Shown here: one piece after another, positions 1 to 11,641 of the stretch
Layout of the letters: each line of letters begins with the position of its first letter
Position numbering within the stretch: position 1 is the first letter of the stretch
Source: a virus
Reading direction: 5' to 3' (one strand)
DNA length: 64,000 nucleotides
Virus record (IMG/VR): IMGVR_UViG_3300008448_000066
Coordinates: 4,804 to 68,803 of that record
Notes under the pieces: model-generated
The model's input: the letters and a program-made list of their open reading frames with translations, nothing else
Databases searched by the model: none
What the model was told of the DNA's origin: nothing
Translations under genes and position numbers: made by a program

Positions 1-408
1 GAAGAGTATGATGTAACAAATAATTACGTAATTTCTTTAATAAATGGTACGCCATTTTATTCTGAAAATGAAACTGCAAGATTTAGATTCTTTATTCGCA
101 ATAAAGATTGGAACCCCACTATTTACAGTGTAGCCACTTCTGAAGTGGAAACATTGACGATAGAGAGTGCATCTTACAAAGTAGTCAGAGTATCAGATAA
201 CTTAAAGGTAATTGATTATGGAACTGGTTCCAACTTGCACACAATGCTTTCATACGATGTATCGGGAAATTACTTCGACTTGGATATGAAATTATTAGAA
301 CCAGATTATATGTATCAAATTTACTTGACATTCTTTGATTCACAGGCTAATACTTGGAAAGAGCAAAAAAATAGTTTCAAATTTAGAGTAGAAAAGAATG
401 AGCCTTAA
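1..408 (+). CDS. C-terminal part of a virion/baseplate-region protein (5' truncated by the window)
   Basis: Frame 1 is open from base 1 (EEYDVTNNYVISLINGTPFYSENETARFRFFIRNKDWNPTIYSVATSEVETLT...), so the GTG at 145 is internal. It overlaps the start of the next gene. Confidence 0.7.
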   Translation, partial: EEYDVTNNYVISLINGTPFYSENETARFRFFIRNKDWNPTIYSVATSEVETLTIESASYKVVRVSDNLKVIDYGTGSNLHTMLSYDVSGNYFDLDMKLLEPDYMYQIYLTFFDSQANTWKEQKNSFKFRVEKNEP

Positions 409-3400
409 AGAATTATTTCAAGACACACAAAAAAATGAAAGTTTTTCACAAGAGCAGGTTGAGCAAGAAGTTCAATCTGAGGACTACTTAAACGAATTTG
501 TTGATAAAACAAATGAATTTATTCCACAGGTCGATTTTTCAAAACCAGAAAACTTTGCTTTCTTTGGATCTGCTGAGAAATACTATTCTGACGCATTTGA
601 TAGAATAATCAATCTTTATCCATATGATGGCTCTAAGTCAGAGAAACTAAAATGGCGTAATGAATCAACTTTAATTGATCGTTGGGTATATGATAATAAG
701 TATCCAAAGTCAACTGGTTATGCTGCATTCTCAGCCAATGGTTGGGGCACTCTAGCAACTTCAAAAGCTTCTGGTTATGGTAGTCCAACAACACAAGAGT
801 ACATTTACGTTAAAGGTGGGCCAAACACTGGTTCTACAACATCAGCTACTCTCAAAGATACGTTTACTGCTGCCAACATTTATGATGCTACAAACAAGCA
901 AACGTCTAATCTTTTATTTGATTTAGCATCATCTGATGGTGGTATGACAGTAGAGTTTTGGCTTAACAAAACAGCGTTTGACAACACAAAGACTGAAAAA
1001 GAAGTAATATTTGATCTTTGGAATGGTGAAGCAAGTTCAAGTACAGGCTACGGACGCTTTACTCTAGAACTTACTTCTAGTGGTAGCCCATTCTTAATTA
1101 CTGCACAATCTGGTACAAGCGGCGTGTTTCAAGCCGCAGTTGGTTCTAGCATAAACTCTTCTTATATCCTAGATGGTTGGCATCATTACTCTTTCACGGT
1201 ATTTAATAATTCTTCACAAATTGGAATAAACTTCTATACTGATGGTCAACTGTCTGAGCAAATATCAACTGGTACTTCTATTAATGAAGTAACAGGAACT
1301 CTAACAGCTTATGTCGGTGCTTTAAGAACTGCTGTATCTGGAACTTCCACAGGTACTGGTTGGGGCAAGCTTTCCGCTTCATTAGATGAATTTAGATTTT
1401 GGAAAACCAAGAGAACATCTAAGGACATTGGTAGATACTGGTGGACAAATGTAGACGGTGGTTCTAATACTGATGATTATGGTATTTATCTTGGCATTTA
1501 CTATAAGTTTAACGAAGGTATCGTAGGCACAACCTCAAAAGATCAAATAGTAATTGACTACTCTGGTCGTACTACAAATGGATATTGGTTTGGATACGGT
1601 AGTAACTCAAGAAACACAGGAAGTGCGTTTACAGCTTATACTAGTGCTTCTTATGTTGAAGTTGGCGATCCAATACTCTATTCATCACATTCAGAATATA
1701 CCAATCAATTAACTGCTTTAACCGTTACAGGTTCAATACACGATTCTCAAAATAATTCAAAATTGTATACCTTCTTCCCTTCTTGGGTTGTGGACAGTGA
1801 TATACAACATGGTGAAGAGCTAAGTAAATTAACTCAAATAGCAGCAAGTTATTTTGATACTCTCTACCTACAAGTCAAATCTTTAACAGAAATAAAGAAT
1901 AATTTTTCCACAATTGGTAGACAAGAAGGCGTTTTAGATGGAACTAATGAGTTAAACCAAATAACTGGTACGCTACCAACTTATGATAAGCCACTACCAT
2001 TTGCTAAAGCATTATTAGATTCTAGCGGCTTAATAACGCCAGAAATTTTAACAGATGCAACTCTAATAGAGACACTTTTAAATCGTAATGAAAATATTAA
2101 TTATGACGATACAATATCAGATATAAAGAATACAATATATTTCAATCTTTATTCAACACTTATTAATGCATTTAAAACAAAGGGAACAAAACGCTCTTAT
2201 AATAATATTTTGCATTCTTTTGGTATTGATGAAAAATTAGTTAAAATAAATACTTATCCAACAAATACAACCTTATATTTTGATGATAATACAAACTTAA
2301 TTTCTCAAAAAAGAAAAGTTGTAGATTTTAACAATTCAGATAGATATATGGGAACTGTGCATCAGTATTATGATGCTTCAAACACAAATTCAATATCTTT
2401 TATCTCTGGTTCAATTGTTAATTCTTCTTTGACAGTTGAATGTGAAGCCTTGTTCCCATATAAAATCTTTAATGATGATAAAGTGTCAAGAGCTTTCTTC
2501 ACAGAATCATCTATATTTGGTGGTCACACAGCCCAATCAAATACAGATTTAAGTTGGGCTACAAACGATTATTTTAACTTTGTTGTCAAAGCGCACAGAC
2601 CAAATCTAGAAAGTACAGATGCATACTTTGAATTATCTTCTTCAGTATTTGGTTCTTTAACTTCAAGTCTTTACTATGATGTTTATAACAATGAAAAGTG
2701 GAACTTTGCCGTTAAGGTATATCCAACTAAATATGAAAACATTGATCTTGTAAGTGGTGCAGATGGAACTTATACAGTAGAGTTTTATGGTGTAAATGCG
2801 GTATCAAACGCTGTACAAAATGTCTTTACTGTTACTGGAACAGTTTCTAATACCGCTGGTGATAATGCAGTAACAAGCAATAAAAGACTGTTTGTTGGCG
2901 CACACTACAACAACTTTACTAGCTCAGTATTACAATATTCAGACACTAAAGTATCTTACTTAAGATACTGGAATACTGAATTGACCAATGATTCAATTTT
3001 ACAACACGCATTTGACACATATAACTACGGAACAGATAAGCCAGCTAATAGTGCATATCTAAACACAACTGGTTCTTATATACCAGAAATTGAAACATTA
3101 ACATTAGAATGGTCATTCAATCAAGTAACTGGTTCTGATGTAAGTGGACAATTCATTGTCCAAGATTTAACTTCTGGTTCTGTAACACAAAGCAAAGGTT
3201 ACCCAAATTGGTTTAATAATATTTCTAAATATCAATATACAGGTAGAGGCTTTGAATTCCCAGAAAGTAGCACGCAAGTTATAGATACAGAATATTTTGC
3301 AACTGAAAAACTTAAACTCCCAGAAGTAGTAAACAGTTCAGATATGATCAATATCTTGTCAGAAGACGACGAAGCTTTTACAACCGATTCAAGACCAGAG

Positions 3401-6400
3401 CTTTATATTACTAGATTTGAAAAGAGTATGTATCAAAACATTTCTGAAGAAATGATAAATATGTTTGGTACTCTTGTAGAGTTTAATAATTACATTGGTA
3501 GACCAATACACAAGTATCGTACAGAATATAAAGATCTGCGTTATTTAAGAGAATTGTTCTTTTCTAAGGTTCAAAATGAACCAGATCTAGATAGATATTT
3601 AGAACTATACAAGTGGTTTGATACTTCAATTGGTGTTTTCTTAGCACAATTAACTCCAACAACTTCACAAGTTACAACAAAATTAGAAAATGTAATTGAA
3701 AGCCATATACTTGAAAGACCAAAATACCAACACAAATATCTTGCTATTAACTCTAAGGCACAAGATCCAGAAGATTCAGCAAGCGGTATCAACAAGCATT
3801 TATATAACTGGAAGGTTGGTCACAGACCTTTAACCAACTCAGAACAACAAAATGCTTTGTACTGGAAAGAAAGAGCAGAAAGAACTGGCGCAAGAGCCGC
3901 TATACACTCTGCTTCTTTACAAGTTTTTGATAGAAAACAATCATCACCATATAGATTTGCATTAGAAAGTAAACCAACAATAAAGGGTGGTGTAAACTTT
4001 GAGTCAAACAAAAATTTAGATTTTGTTAAAATCAATACTGCTCCACATGGCGCATTAGATGCGGACGAAATGATACAACCACCAGCAAATTACTTGTTTG
4101 TTGGTGTTGAAAATACATCTTCTTTATTAAAAGTTGAAGACACACTAGATCCAACAAAGAAGAGAAAATATAGCTTTAAAGTAGTATCTGGCAAGGAATT
4201 CAATCCTTCTTCACAAGGCTATAGCGAAGTAATTGATAGCACAATAGCATTACCAGCTAACTTCATTAGCGGTACTGTTGTTGGCGGTTATCACGATCAA
4301 GTAGCAGAACAATTTATAAGTGGTGTAATAATAACCAATATACACAATGATACTTATGGTTCTTCTAATGAAATTCCAATGCAAGGTCCATTTACTGCTC
4401 AATGGGTTGGCGGAAATCAATCAAGACACATTGATTTAAATACTGGTAACGATTCTTATCTAACAAGACCAGAAGCTTGGAAAATATTACTTGGTTTAGG
4501 TATAAGTGGTAGTGCTGGTGTTGTTGGAAATGAGGAATATCAAGCTGCACTTGGATGGGTTGGAGCAGATTATCCGTTCCCAGAAGGTAATGATTTTGAT
4601 CCATCATATCCCGTAGTAGCACATAAGAGAGCTACATATCTAAGAGAAGAAACAGCCAAACGTCCAGTAAACATTAAGAATATTCAATCTACAACAACTA
4701 CTGCTTCTAGATTAGGCAATTATAGATCAAATTACGAAGTTATTCATACGTTTGGTAGAACAAACAATGATAGAGAACTTATTGATGCCGTCAATCCCGG
4801 TACTGAAACAGAACTATCTGGTGTTTTAAGAACCAATACAACAACAGGAAGAGTTGATTTTACTCTACCAACAAGACAAATACTAAAGACGGTTGTTGGT
4901 TCAAGATTCTCCGCTCCCGGTGGTTATAGATATTCTTCAAGAGGATACCTCAATAGATATGCAGAAGAACTGTCTGCATATAATGCTATGTCATTTAGAA
5001 ACAGAGAAGTTATAGGTTCTCCACACGGCTTAGGCTCAACACCAAATGTTGAAGTAGTATCTGGTGCATTGGGAACTGGCTCTTTGGTGGCTTTAGCTTT
5101 ACATTCAGAAAATGGTTATGTAAGTGGAACAACAATTCCTTCTTTCCATAAGGTAAATAAGAATCCTGTTTACTCTGTTGTAGAAAATACAGAAGTCCTT
5201 GAAGCAGACTACGATAATGGTTATTTCCAACACCCAATACCACAAATGGATGCTGGTTATTCTTGGATCAGAAAATCACTATCTAATGGTGCTATATCTG
5301 GTAACTTAGCCTATATTGGTGCCAATATGGGTTATACAGTACCATCTGGCTCTACTTCTGGTTCAATAACACAAAATTATTCTTTTTTAACCTCTGGTGA
5401 GGTTGGTATTAATGTAAACGAGTTTGGAGAACTTTATAATGGTGTTTCTTCTAGCGAATTTACACCAGTAGATTTTATAGGCTTACATACATCAATAAGA
5501 GATGAACTTTATGGTTCTGAATATCCTAAAACATTAGGAACAACAAATTTTGAAAATTATTATTTTGAAGGTATAAACTATAACGATCATCAGATAATAG
5601 GTGCAGTAACAGATAAATTTTACAGTAATGGTATTTTGTCAACTTTATCAGAAACTGGTTCTTCTGGTCGGTCTGCGTTGCAATTCTATAACTACAGTGT
5701 CTTCGGCGGGCCAATTCCAGAACATTTTCTTAAAGATGTAAGCACAACTGGTGGACAAGAATTAAGTAGTTTTGTTTTTTCTCCACCAACATATATGAAA
5801 CCAGATGGTACTGGTTATTACGTACTTGGAATTTATAACCAAGCTTCTACGAACAATGCAGCTAGTAACTTTTCAAAAATATCAGAATTTAATAGACATT
5901 TAATTTTTCAAATTAACAATGAACAACCATATGATTTTGACAATTCTTTGGTAACTAAATATCAAAGTGTTAATATAAATTTTTCTTCTCAACCAAGTGC
6001 TAGTACAATTATTAAATCTTTTACATTCCATCCTTCTGGAACTTATCTTTATTTATTTGAAACAGAAAATAGAACAATAGTTCAATTACCATTAAATACA
6101 CCTTGGGAAATAGATTCTATTCCCTTTACTTCTTCTATAATCACATCATCAAACTATAGTAGTTTAGGATTTACTTCAACATCATCTATCACACCAATAG
6201 TAAGCACATTAGAAAGTAGTTCTTTTAGTATTTTAACAGAATTAACTGGTGTAAGTGATCTTTTACTTAAATCATTTCCAATAGCTTTTGATCCACACTC
6301 TATTCCACAGAGAGTCAGTTCTAGTTTTTATAACATGAACTGGAAACCAGATGGAACTAAATTATTTTTTGGTATACAAAATAAATTACTTGAATATAGT

Positions 6401-9400
6401 GCTTCTGTACCTTGGGAAGTTTCAAGTCTATCTTATTCTGGATATTTAAACAGTCCTTTTAGTAGTTCTATTGCTAGAGTGGAGTATGAATTTACTAAAG
6501 ATGGAAAAAATATCTTCTTTGTAAATAATAGTTGTAGTATTGCTGATGCTGGTATATCGGGTACTGTTTACCTTTATGATTACACTTTTCAAATAGCAAA
6601 ACAAAATTTATCTAATACTTGGACAGTTTATAATGAAACTGGAAGTTATGAACTTTTACAAAATGTTACAATTAAAAATGCAAGCGACACATCTGGTATT
6701 GAATATCCGGCATATCTAAATGATCGATTGGGAAAAAATTATGTTATTACAAGACATTTTGATCAAAAAAATAAATATAGTTATCAAAGTTTGTTTATGT
6801 TACCTAGAAAAAATCAATTAACAACTAAAATTGATATGATAAGGAATAAATTAATATACGAAGATGACACTCATATGTTATTAAACGGCATACTTCTTAA
6901 CAGAAATGGTCCTTATGGATATCCAACATTTAAACAAATAAGAACAGGAGAAACAAAAGCAGTAAGAGATTCAAAGAAAAATCTTTATTTAACAAATACA
7001 AAAGAAGAAAGAATAAAATTAAATCAAAATGTAGTAACCGATGTAACAAATTATTATAAAGAACCTGTTATTAATATAAACAAACCTGTTGTTTCAATTA
7101 TAAAAGATACACAAACTAATTCTCTTGTATTTATCAAACACACACAAGATAACAATATAAATTATTTTTCCAATAAAGAACTAAATTCTGATCTTGGTTT
7201 ACCAAATAAAAAAGACGAATTACAAACCGCAGATCAAGTATTGTCTCTCTTATCCGATCCAACAAATACAAGATATAAATTAAAAAAGACTGTTTATACA
7301 GAAGAAATATATCCAAAAATTGAAAACTATTCTTTGATTGATTCAAGAATTAGAACAGTATTTGATTTTCCATATTATACAAATAGAAGTGATAGAGACA
7401 CAGAACTTACCTCTCCAATGTTTAATTTAGATGGAGAAGCAAAACAATATGCAAACTATGATTTTAATACATCAGAACTACAAGATAATATTTATTTAAA
7501 AGATTATATTTATGGTAATGAAGTAATATTTTCTCGACGTACATCGGTATCCACTAGTAAAGTACATGAGATAATAAGCTTATTTTATGATAATAAAAAT
7601 AAAATATTTTTTAAACCAGATGGTAAGTATTTGTACTGTCTTAACTCTGTTTCATCAATAACAAAAAATTCTTCTTCTATAGAAAATAAAAATAGTTTAT
7701 CAGTTATTCCACTATCTGTACCTTGGGATATTAGCACAATAAATGTTCAAGAAATTAATAATATAATATTTAATGATTATAGAGTTAATAATTTTGTTGG
7801 TTTTTCACCACCTTATGCACCTTATGGAAATTATACCTCTTCGTTAAATTATACAGATTTTTGTTTTTCCTCAGATGGAACAAAAATGTTTCTTTGTACA
7901 CCATTTATTGATAATTCTACCACAACAGTATATGACAGCACTCTTTCTGTTGCGTCTGTTCTCTTTTTTACTCAAAATCTTATTCTATCTTCTTCTTATA
8001 TATATTCTTTTGATGTAAATCCACCTTGGGCCACAGGATCATCGGCTGTTCTTACAAGAACAAGTAATAATGCACCAAGCATAACAGGATCTTTTACTAT
8101 AGCTTCTCCAAATAAACTATTTTTTAAACCAGATGGAACTTCTTTTTATGTAGCATATGCTTCTGGAAATTTACAAAATTCATCTTATCGAGAGAGTACT
8201 GCACCTTATAGAAACATAAATCAATTTAATTTATCAACCGCTTGGACGTTACCAACAGGTTTATCAGAACCATATGAATCAAATGTTCTACTTCCTACAT
8301 CTGATAACGGAGAAATAGAATTTTCTTTTGATGAAAAAGGCAGTAATTTAATTGTTTTTACACTTGAAAATGAAAAAACAAAAACTTCATTATATTCTTT
8401 ATCTACACCTTGGGATATACGAACTTGCTCTTTTATAACATCAAGTATTAGTGATTTAAAATTTTATAAAAATATATTCTTAAGACAAGATACAAATAGA
8501 GAAAGAATGCTGTTTGCTAATACAGAAACTTATGTTAGTTCCTCAGATACAAGTGATTGGAGTATGCAACATGGTCAACTTTATTTACAAAAATTTACAC
8601 CTATTGAAGCAGTTAAGAATCCTTTATTGTCTCAATCTATTTGGCCTCTTGATGGAGCCTCGGAATATACTACATCTTCTATGGGTCTAAATTCTGTAGT
8701 AGGTATCTTACAAAACAATAACACACTAGTTTCTTCATCTACCGAAGATGTTGTAATTAATAGTAACAAGAAATATTTATTTCCCTCTCCTTTGTACGCT
8801 CATAAACTAACTTCTTATTCTTATTATTCCGCCATTAGCCCAACATTGCCAAACTCTTCAAAAAATAATGTATTTTATAGTCAATCTTTCGGAACCTCAT
8901 TTGCACAATTAGATTCTACTTTAACTTCATCATTAGCGTCAGATCGAGTGTTACAAAGTACACAAATCATATATAACAACACACCTTGGACTGCTGCAAA
9001 CTTAAGAGGAAAGGGTCCATTTAATAATTCTTACGAAGATGCAACTATATTATCAAAATATAAAACACAAGAATATTCAATTTTACCAGAGTTTACAATT
9101 TCAGATAAAGTTGTAGAATATGATACAAAATTTAATAATTCAAGTAGCTTTGTAGATAATTCATTTTTAACTTTAACAGGTTCTTTGTTGAGTTCTTCTT
9201 TAGATAATGAATTTTATGAAAGATATGCTTATACCAACAACATAGAAGGTTTATTAACATATAATCGTAAGATAAATAACAAAAATTTACCAAACACAAA
9301 ACTAAAGAAAAGCCTCAAATTAACATTTGAAGGATTATTAAAGTTTATTCCTTACAACGGATTTTACCCAGTTCAAAGAAGCCTTGATATTGTTGAAAGA

Positions 9401-11614
9401 TTTAATGAATCATATAAAGATGGTTTAAGCTTTTTTTCTGTCGCGGCTAGTGGCTCTGGAACTCCTTCAAGCGGCAGTGAAATGTTTTCATCTAGTGTTG
9501 CGTTTGATGAAAATAAACAATTTGGATTACGTTCATTCATAACTCCTCTTTTTGCTCCCGGTTTGTTATATAATACTATTAAAGCAGGTATTGCAGTTGA
9601 TTATCCAATTCTTACTTCATCTTTAAGTTCATCAGAATATTATCTAGTTTCTGGTTCTGCTGCACGTAATAGAAATAGCAAAACTGCTCTGATAAACAAT
9701 TCGCAATTTGATTTAAGATTACCATTCGAAACCTTAGTGGAACCAGAAAATTATATCAAGGGTATTAATATAATTGATCAAATCCCATCAAGTAGTGTTG
9801 GAAATCTAAACATAAACGTAACCTCTTCATGGAATGGAGAGGGTGATGATTATTACAAATACATGATCAACAATTATTTGGCAGAAATACCAAACTTCTT
9901 CCTAAAAGAACAAAAGATTAGTGCTATAAAATCAGTTCCAGTAGTTGGTCAAGGTATTACAATCAATACAAATCAAGTTAATAGAGAGTTCAGAGCAGTT
10001 GTTAAACTAAAGAAAACAACTTCTGAACTACCAAGATTTACAAGTGCTATTATAAATTCTATTACAGATGAATCTAGCAAAAATAACGTTATTGAATTAA
10101 GTAAGAATCAATATCAATATCCAAGACCACAAAAATTTGGTGAAGAAACAATAACTGTTTATTCTAATCCAAGCGCATTTGGCCCTCCTGTTGCTGCTGG
10201 TTTTATATCTGCATCTACTGGACAGTCGGACAATTATACATTTAATCTGTTTGATTCTACAAATGGTTATTATTCGCCATATACCCCACCATATCAAGAT
10301 GGTGAATCATGGATATTGTTGACTTATAAACCAACAACAGTTGGTAAGTTCACACTAGATGACGTTATAGCCAATACTTCAGCTTCATTCTTAAGATATG
10401 AGCTTGATCAATATTCCGGTATACCAATACAAAAAGGATTTTATACTGTAAATGGTGTTCAAGCTTCTTCTTCTGGTCCTATGGCATTGTACTCAAGTTC
10501 TGCTGGTATTGTAGACAGATTAAACACAAATGCAATGCAATTATCAGCCAGTATATTTATAAGTGTAGACAATATCTCTGCTGGTGAAAGAGCAGGAAGA
10601 ACAATCGATGGTGGTGATCAAGTTTCTGTAGCAGATAAGAGACAATTGGTTATATCAACTAAATTTGAGACACCAATTCTTGATTTTAATTATGCAAGAA
10701 TGGTCCGCGAACTTACAGCTTCACATACGCAAGTTATGGGTGCTTTTGAGTCCCATCCTAGTGGTGCCATTAGCTCTTCTACAGCAATACCAAAAGATTT
10801 AGGTATGTGGCATCAATATGGCCTAATACCAAGAGACAAAGCTGGTATTTATATGTCTATCGAAAACGTACCAAACAGTTATAGACGTTATGGTAGAGAA
10901 ACAGGTCTTGTTTTGACAGCATCTAGTGCAATACCAAATAGAAATCCTGCTCTTACTGGCTCTTTAATAGATTTAATTGGTGGTTTTGAAAATTCATCCA
11001 CAAAAATTGGTGTCTTAGCTGATACAAAAGAAATTAAAGAAGCAGTAGTCGCTATACCATTTGTTATTAAAAACAACAGAAGAAAATTCTTTATAATCAA
11101 TAAAGAAACAGTTAGAAATTATAAACAAAATCAAACAGGAAGTATTTCTAATTCATTAATGCAACAATTTAATGCAATGAAAGAATATGTTTTCCCACCA
11201 CAATTTGATTTCTTAAATTATAAAGTTGCTGCTACAGCTATGTATGTTTTTGAATTTACTCACACACTATCCAAGAGAGATCTCCAAGATATATGGCAAA
11301 ACATAATGCCAGAGATAGGAGAACACGATAAATGGAAGATTGAGCAAAAAGTTATTAAACATGAACTTAATAACAATGAGATAATCACTCCTACTCAATT
11401 TGATAAATCAGAAGAAATACGTTGGTTAGTATTTAAGGTTAAAAAACGCGCTGCTTCTAGCTACCACGAAATGGTTGGTAAAAACTTTGTTAATAAAGAA
11501 GAGTGGGTAGACACAAGTATTCCAAAGATAACTTATAATTGGCCTTATGACTTCTTTACGATAATTGAAAGCGGTAAGCTAACCGCTGAATTAGAAATTG
11601 AATCAACAGACTAA
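398..11614 (+). CDS. Giant (3738 aa) baseplate wedge-like virion protein with LamG/concanavalin-like domains and beta-propeller-type repeat blocks
   Basis: LamG-like motifs (MTVEFWL...GWHHYSF...FYTDG...LDEFRFW; second copy WNFAV...LRYWN). KTKGTKRSYNNILHSFG resembles the P2 gpI-type wedge motif. FKPDGT...PWDI repeats occur in two blocks. Confidence 0.7.
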   Translation: MSLKELFQDTQKNESFSQEQVEQEVQSEDYLNEFVDKTNEFIPQVDFSKPENFAFFGSAEKYYSDAFDRIINLYPYDGSKSEKLKWRNESTLIDRWVYDNKYPKSTGYAAFSANGWGTLATSKASGYGSPTTQEYIYVKGGPNTGSTTSATLKDTFTAANIYDATNKQTSNLLFDLASSDGGMTVEFWLNKTAFDNTKTEKEVIFDLWNGEASSSTGYGRFTLELTSSGSPFLITAQSGTSGVFQAAVGSSINSSYILDGWHHYSFTVFNNSSQIGINFYTDGQLSEQISTGTSINEVTGTLTAYVGALRTAVSGTSTGTGWGKLSASLDEFRFWKTKRTSKDIGRYWWTNVDGGSNTDDYGIYLGIYYKFNEGIVGTTSKDQIVIDYSGRTTNGYWFGYGSNSRNTGSAFTAYTSASYVEVGDPILYSSHSEYTNQLTALTVTGSIHDSQNNSKLYTFFPSWVVDSDIQHGEELSKLTQIAASYFDTLYLQVKSLTEIKNNFSTIGRQEGVLDGTNELNQITGTLPTYDKPLPFAKALLDSSGLITPEILTDATLIETLLNRNENINYDDTISDIKNTIYFNLYSTLINAFKTKGTKRSYNNILHSFGIDEKLVKINTYPTNTTLYFDDNTNLISQKRKVVDFNNSDRYMGTVHQYYDASNTNSISFISGSIVNSSLTVECEALFPYKIFNDDKVSRAFFTESSIFGGHTAQSNTDLSWATNDYFNFVVKAHRPNLESTDAYFELSSSVFGSLTSSLYYDVYNNEKWNFAVKVYPTKYENIDLVSGADGTYTVEFYGVNAVSNAVQNVFTVTGTVSNTAGDNAVTSNKRLFVGAHYNNFTSSVLQYSDTKVSYLRYWNTELTNDSILQHAFDTYNYGTDKPANSAYLNTTGSYIPEIETLTLEWSFNQVTGSDVSGQFIVQDLTSGSVTQSKGYPNWFNNISKYQYTGRGFEFPESSTQVIDTEYFATEKLKLPEVVNSSDMINILSEDDEAFTTDSRPELYITRFEKSMYQNISEEMINMFGTLVEFNNYIGRPIHKYRTEYKDLRYLRELFFSKVQNEPDLDRYLELYKWFDTSIGVFLAQLTPTTSQVTTKLENVIESHILERPKYQHKYLAINSKAQDPEDSASGINKHLYNWKVGHRPLTNSEQQNALYWKERAERTGARAAIHSASLQVFDRKQSSPYRFALESKPTIKGGVNFESNKNLDFVKINTAPHGALDADEMIQPPANYLFVGVENTSSLLKVEDTLDPTKKRKYSFKVVSGKEFNPSSQGYSEVIDSTIALPANFISGTVVGGYHDQVAEQFISGVIITNIHNDTYGSSNEIPMQGPFTAQWVGGNQSRHIDLNTGNDSYLTRPEAWKILLGLGISGSAGVVGNEEYQAALGWVGADYPFPEGNDFDPSYPVVAHKRATYLREETAKRPVNIKNIQSTTTTASRLGNYRSNYEVIHTFGRTNNDRELIDAVNPGTETELSGVLRTNTTTGRVDFTLPTRQILKTVVGSRFSAPGGYRYSSRGYLNRYAEELSAYNAMSFRNREVIGSPHGLGSTPNVEVVSGALGTGSLVALALHSENGYVSGTTIPSFHKVNKNPVYSVVENTEVLEADYDNGYFQHPIPQMDAGYSWIRKSLSNGAISGNLAYIGANMGYTVPSGSTSGSITQNYSFLTSGEVGINVNEFGELYNGVSSSEFTPVDFIGLHTSIRDELYGSEYPKTLGTTNFENYYFEGINYNDHQIIGAVTDKFYSNGILSTLSETGSSGRSALQFYNYSVFGGPIPEHFLKDVSTTGGQELSSFVFSPPTYMKPDGTGYYVLGIYNQASTNNAASNFSKISEFNRHLIFQINNEQPYDFDNSLVTKYQSVNINFSSQPSASTIIKSFTFHPSGTYLYLFETENRTIVQLPLNTPWEIDSIPFTSSIITSSNYSSLGFTSTSSITPIVSTLESSSFSILTELTGVSDLLLKSFPIAFDPHSIPQRVSSSFYNMNWKPDGTKLFFGIQNKLLEYSASVPWEVSSLSYSGYLNSPFSSSIARVEYEFTKDGKNIFFVNNSCSIADAGISGTVYLYDYTFQIAKQNLSNTWTVYNETGSYELLQNVTIKNASDTSGIEYPAYLNDRLGKNYVITRHFDQKNKYSYQSLFMLPRKNQLTTKIDMIRNKLIYEDDTHMLLNGILLNRNGPYGYPTFKQIRTGETKAVRDSKKNLYLTNTKEERIKLNQNVVTDVTNYYKEPVININKPVVSIIKDTQTNSLVFIKHTQDNNINYFSNKELNSDLGLPNKKDELQTADQVLSLLSDPTNTRYKLKKTVYTEEIYPKIENYSLIDSRIRTVFDFPYYTNRSDRDTELTSPMFNLDGEAKQYANYDFNTSELQDNIYLKDYIYGNEVIFSRRTSVSTSKVHEIISLFYDNKNKIFFKPDGKYLYCLNSVSSITKNSSSIENKNSLSVIPLSVPWDISTINVQEINNIIFNDYRVNNFVGFSPPYAPYGNYTSSLNYTDFCFSSDGTKMFLCTPFIDNSTTTVYDSTLSVASVLFFTQNLILSSSYIYSFDVNPPWATGSSAVLTRTSNNAPSITGSFTIASPNKLFFKPDGTSFYVAYASGNLQNSSYRESTAPYRNINQFNLSTAWTLPTGLSEPYESNVLLPTSDNGEIEFSFDEKGSNLIVFTLENEKTKTSLYSLSTPWDIRTCSFITSSISDLKFYKNIFLRQDTNRERMLFANTETYVSSSDTSDWSMQHGQLYLQKFTPIEAVKNPLLSQSIWPLDGASEYTTSSMGLNSVVGILQNNNTLVSSSTEDVVINSNKKYLFPSPLYAHKLTSYSYYSAISPTLPNSSKNNVFYSQSFGTSFAQLDSTLTSSLASDRVLQSTQIIYNNTPWTAANLRGKGPFNNSYEDATILSKYKTQEYSILPEFTISDKVVEYDTKFNNSSSFVDNSFLTLTGSLLSSSLDNEFYERYAYTNNIEGLLTYNRKINNKNLPNTKLKKSLKLTFEGLLKFIPYNGFYPVQRSLDIVERFNESYKDGLSFFSVAASGSGTPSSGSEMFSSSVAFDENKQFGLRSFITPLFAPGLLYNTIKAGIAVDYPILTSSLSSSEYYLVSGSAARNRNSKTALINNSQFDLRLPFETLVEPENYIKGINIIDQIPSSSVGNLNINVTSSWNGEGDDYYKYMINNYLAEIPNFFLKEQKISAIKSVPVVGQGITINTNQVNREFRAVVKLKKTTSELPRFTSAIINSITDESSKNNVIELSKNQYQYPRPQKFGEETITVYSNPSAFGPPVAAGFISASTGQSDNYTFNLFDSTNGYYSPYTPPYQDGESWILLTYKPTTVGKFTLDDVIANTSASFLRYELDQYSGIPIQKGFYTVNGVQASSSGPMALYSSSAGIVDRLNTNAMQLSASIFISVDNISAGERAGRTIDGGDQVSVADKRQLVISTKFETPILDFNYARMVRELTASHTQVMGAFESHPSGAISSSTAIPKDLGMWHQYGLIPRDKAGIYMSIENVPNSYRRYGRETGLVLTASSAIPNRNPALTGSLIDLIGGFENSSTKIGVLADTKEIKEAVVAIPFVIKNNRRKFFIINKETVRNYKQNQTGSISNSLMQQFNAMKEYVFPPQFDFLNYKVAATAMYVFEFTHTLSKRDLQDIWQNIMPEIGEHDKWKIEQKVIKHELNNNEIITPTQFDKSEEIRWLVFKVKKRAASSYHEMVGKNFVNKEEWVDTSIPKITYNWPYDFFTIIESGKLTAELEIESTD

Positions 11615-11641
11615 TAAATGATGTTAGCAACTAATTAAAAC

